35,353 nucleotides of DNA from Octopus bimaculoides. Its lineage: Eukaryota. Location: the NCBI RefSeq assembly GCF_001194135.2, contig NC_068990.1, positions 22,205,238 through 22,240,590 of the forward strand, written 5' to 3'. The translations under genes were made by a program, and so were the position numbers. A model generated the notes under the pieces. That model was given only the letters and a program-made list of their open reading frames with translations. It did no database searches and was not told the DNA's origin. Below are positions 35,246-35,353 of this stretch, in pieces. Positions within the stretch are counted from its first letter, which is position 1, and every line of letters starts with the position of its first letter.

Positions 35246-35353
35246 GTTTCTTTATTAGCCACACAGGGTTCAACACAGAGGGGACAAAATACAAATGTAG
35301 AGTTTTTCTTTTCGAGGGGGTCGAAAACAAAGCAGAAAAAAAACAAAAGTGGG
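35200..35353 (-). mobile_element. Probable 3' end of a retroposon with a (CTAT)n tail, cut by the window edge
   Basis: Minus strand ends GTGTGGCTAATAAAGAAAC (AATAAA signal) directly followed by (CTAT)n; family not established. Confidence 0.35.

Noticed and set aside
1-35353. CRISPR array, operon or prokaryotic defence system
   Set aside because: The sequence is repeat-rich eukaryotic DNA with no repeat-spacer array and no gene-dense region.

Overview
AT-rich, microsatellite-dense metazoan genomic DNA from a gapped draft assembly, with 12 N-gaps totalling roughly 4.4 kb, nearly all bounded by (TA)n or (CA)n. The SINE families and repeat style suggest an octopod cephalopod such as Octopus; this is recognition and inference, not a database result. 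Nearly all long ORFs in the supplied track are gap or microsatellite artefacts. The supportable content is mainly transposon relics: two tRNA-derived SINE families (about 14 copies or fragments), a hAT MITE with TIRs and TSD, a decayed hAT (hATm-like) transposase, two different Penelope-like (GIY-YIG) fragments, an RTE LINE 3' fragment, and a restriction-like-endonuclease LINE 3' end with an internal 137-bp duplication. Two to three phase-compatible plus-strand exons (3570-3664, 4887-4961, and a terminal exon at 10178 or 5208) may belong to an unrecognised host gene. The most interesting signals are degenerate type I hammerhead-ribozyme motifs (best at 29784-29831, inside a fold-back), a SINE-head/Penelope chimera with an inverted junction, and a fold-back built from SINE 3' ends. 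There is no prokaryotic system, CRISPR array, rRNA or intact tRNA.
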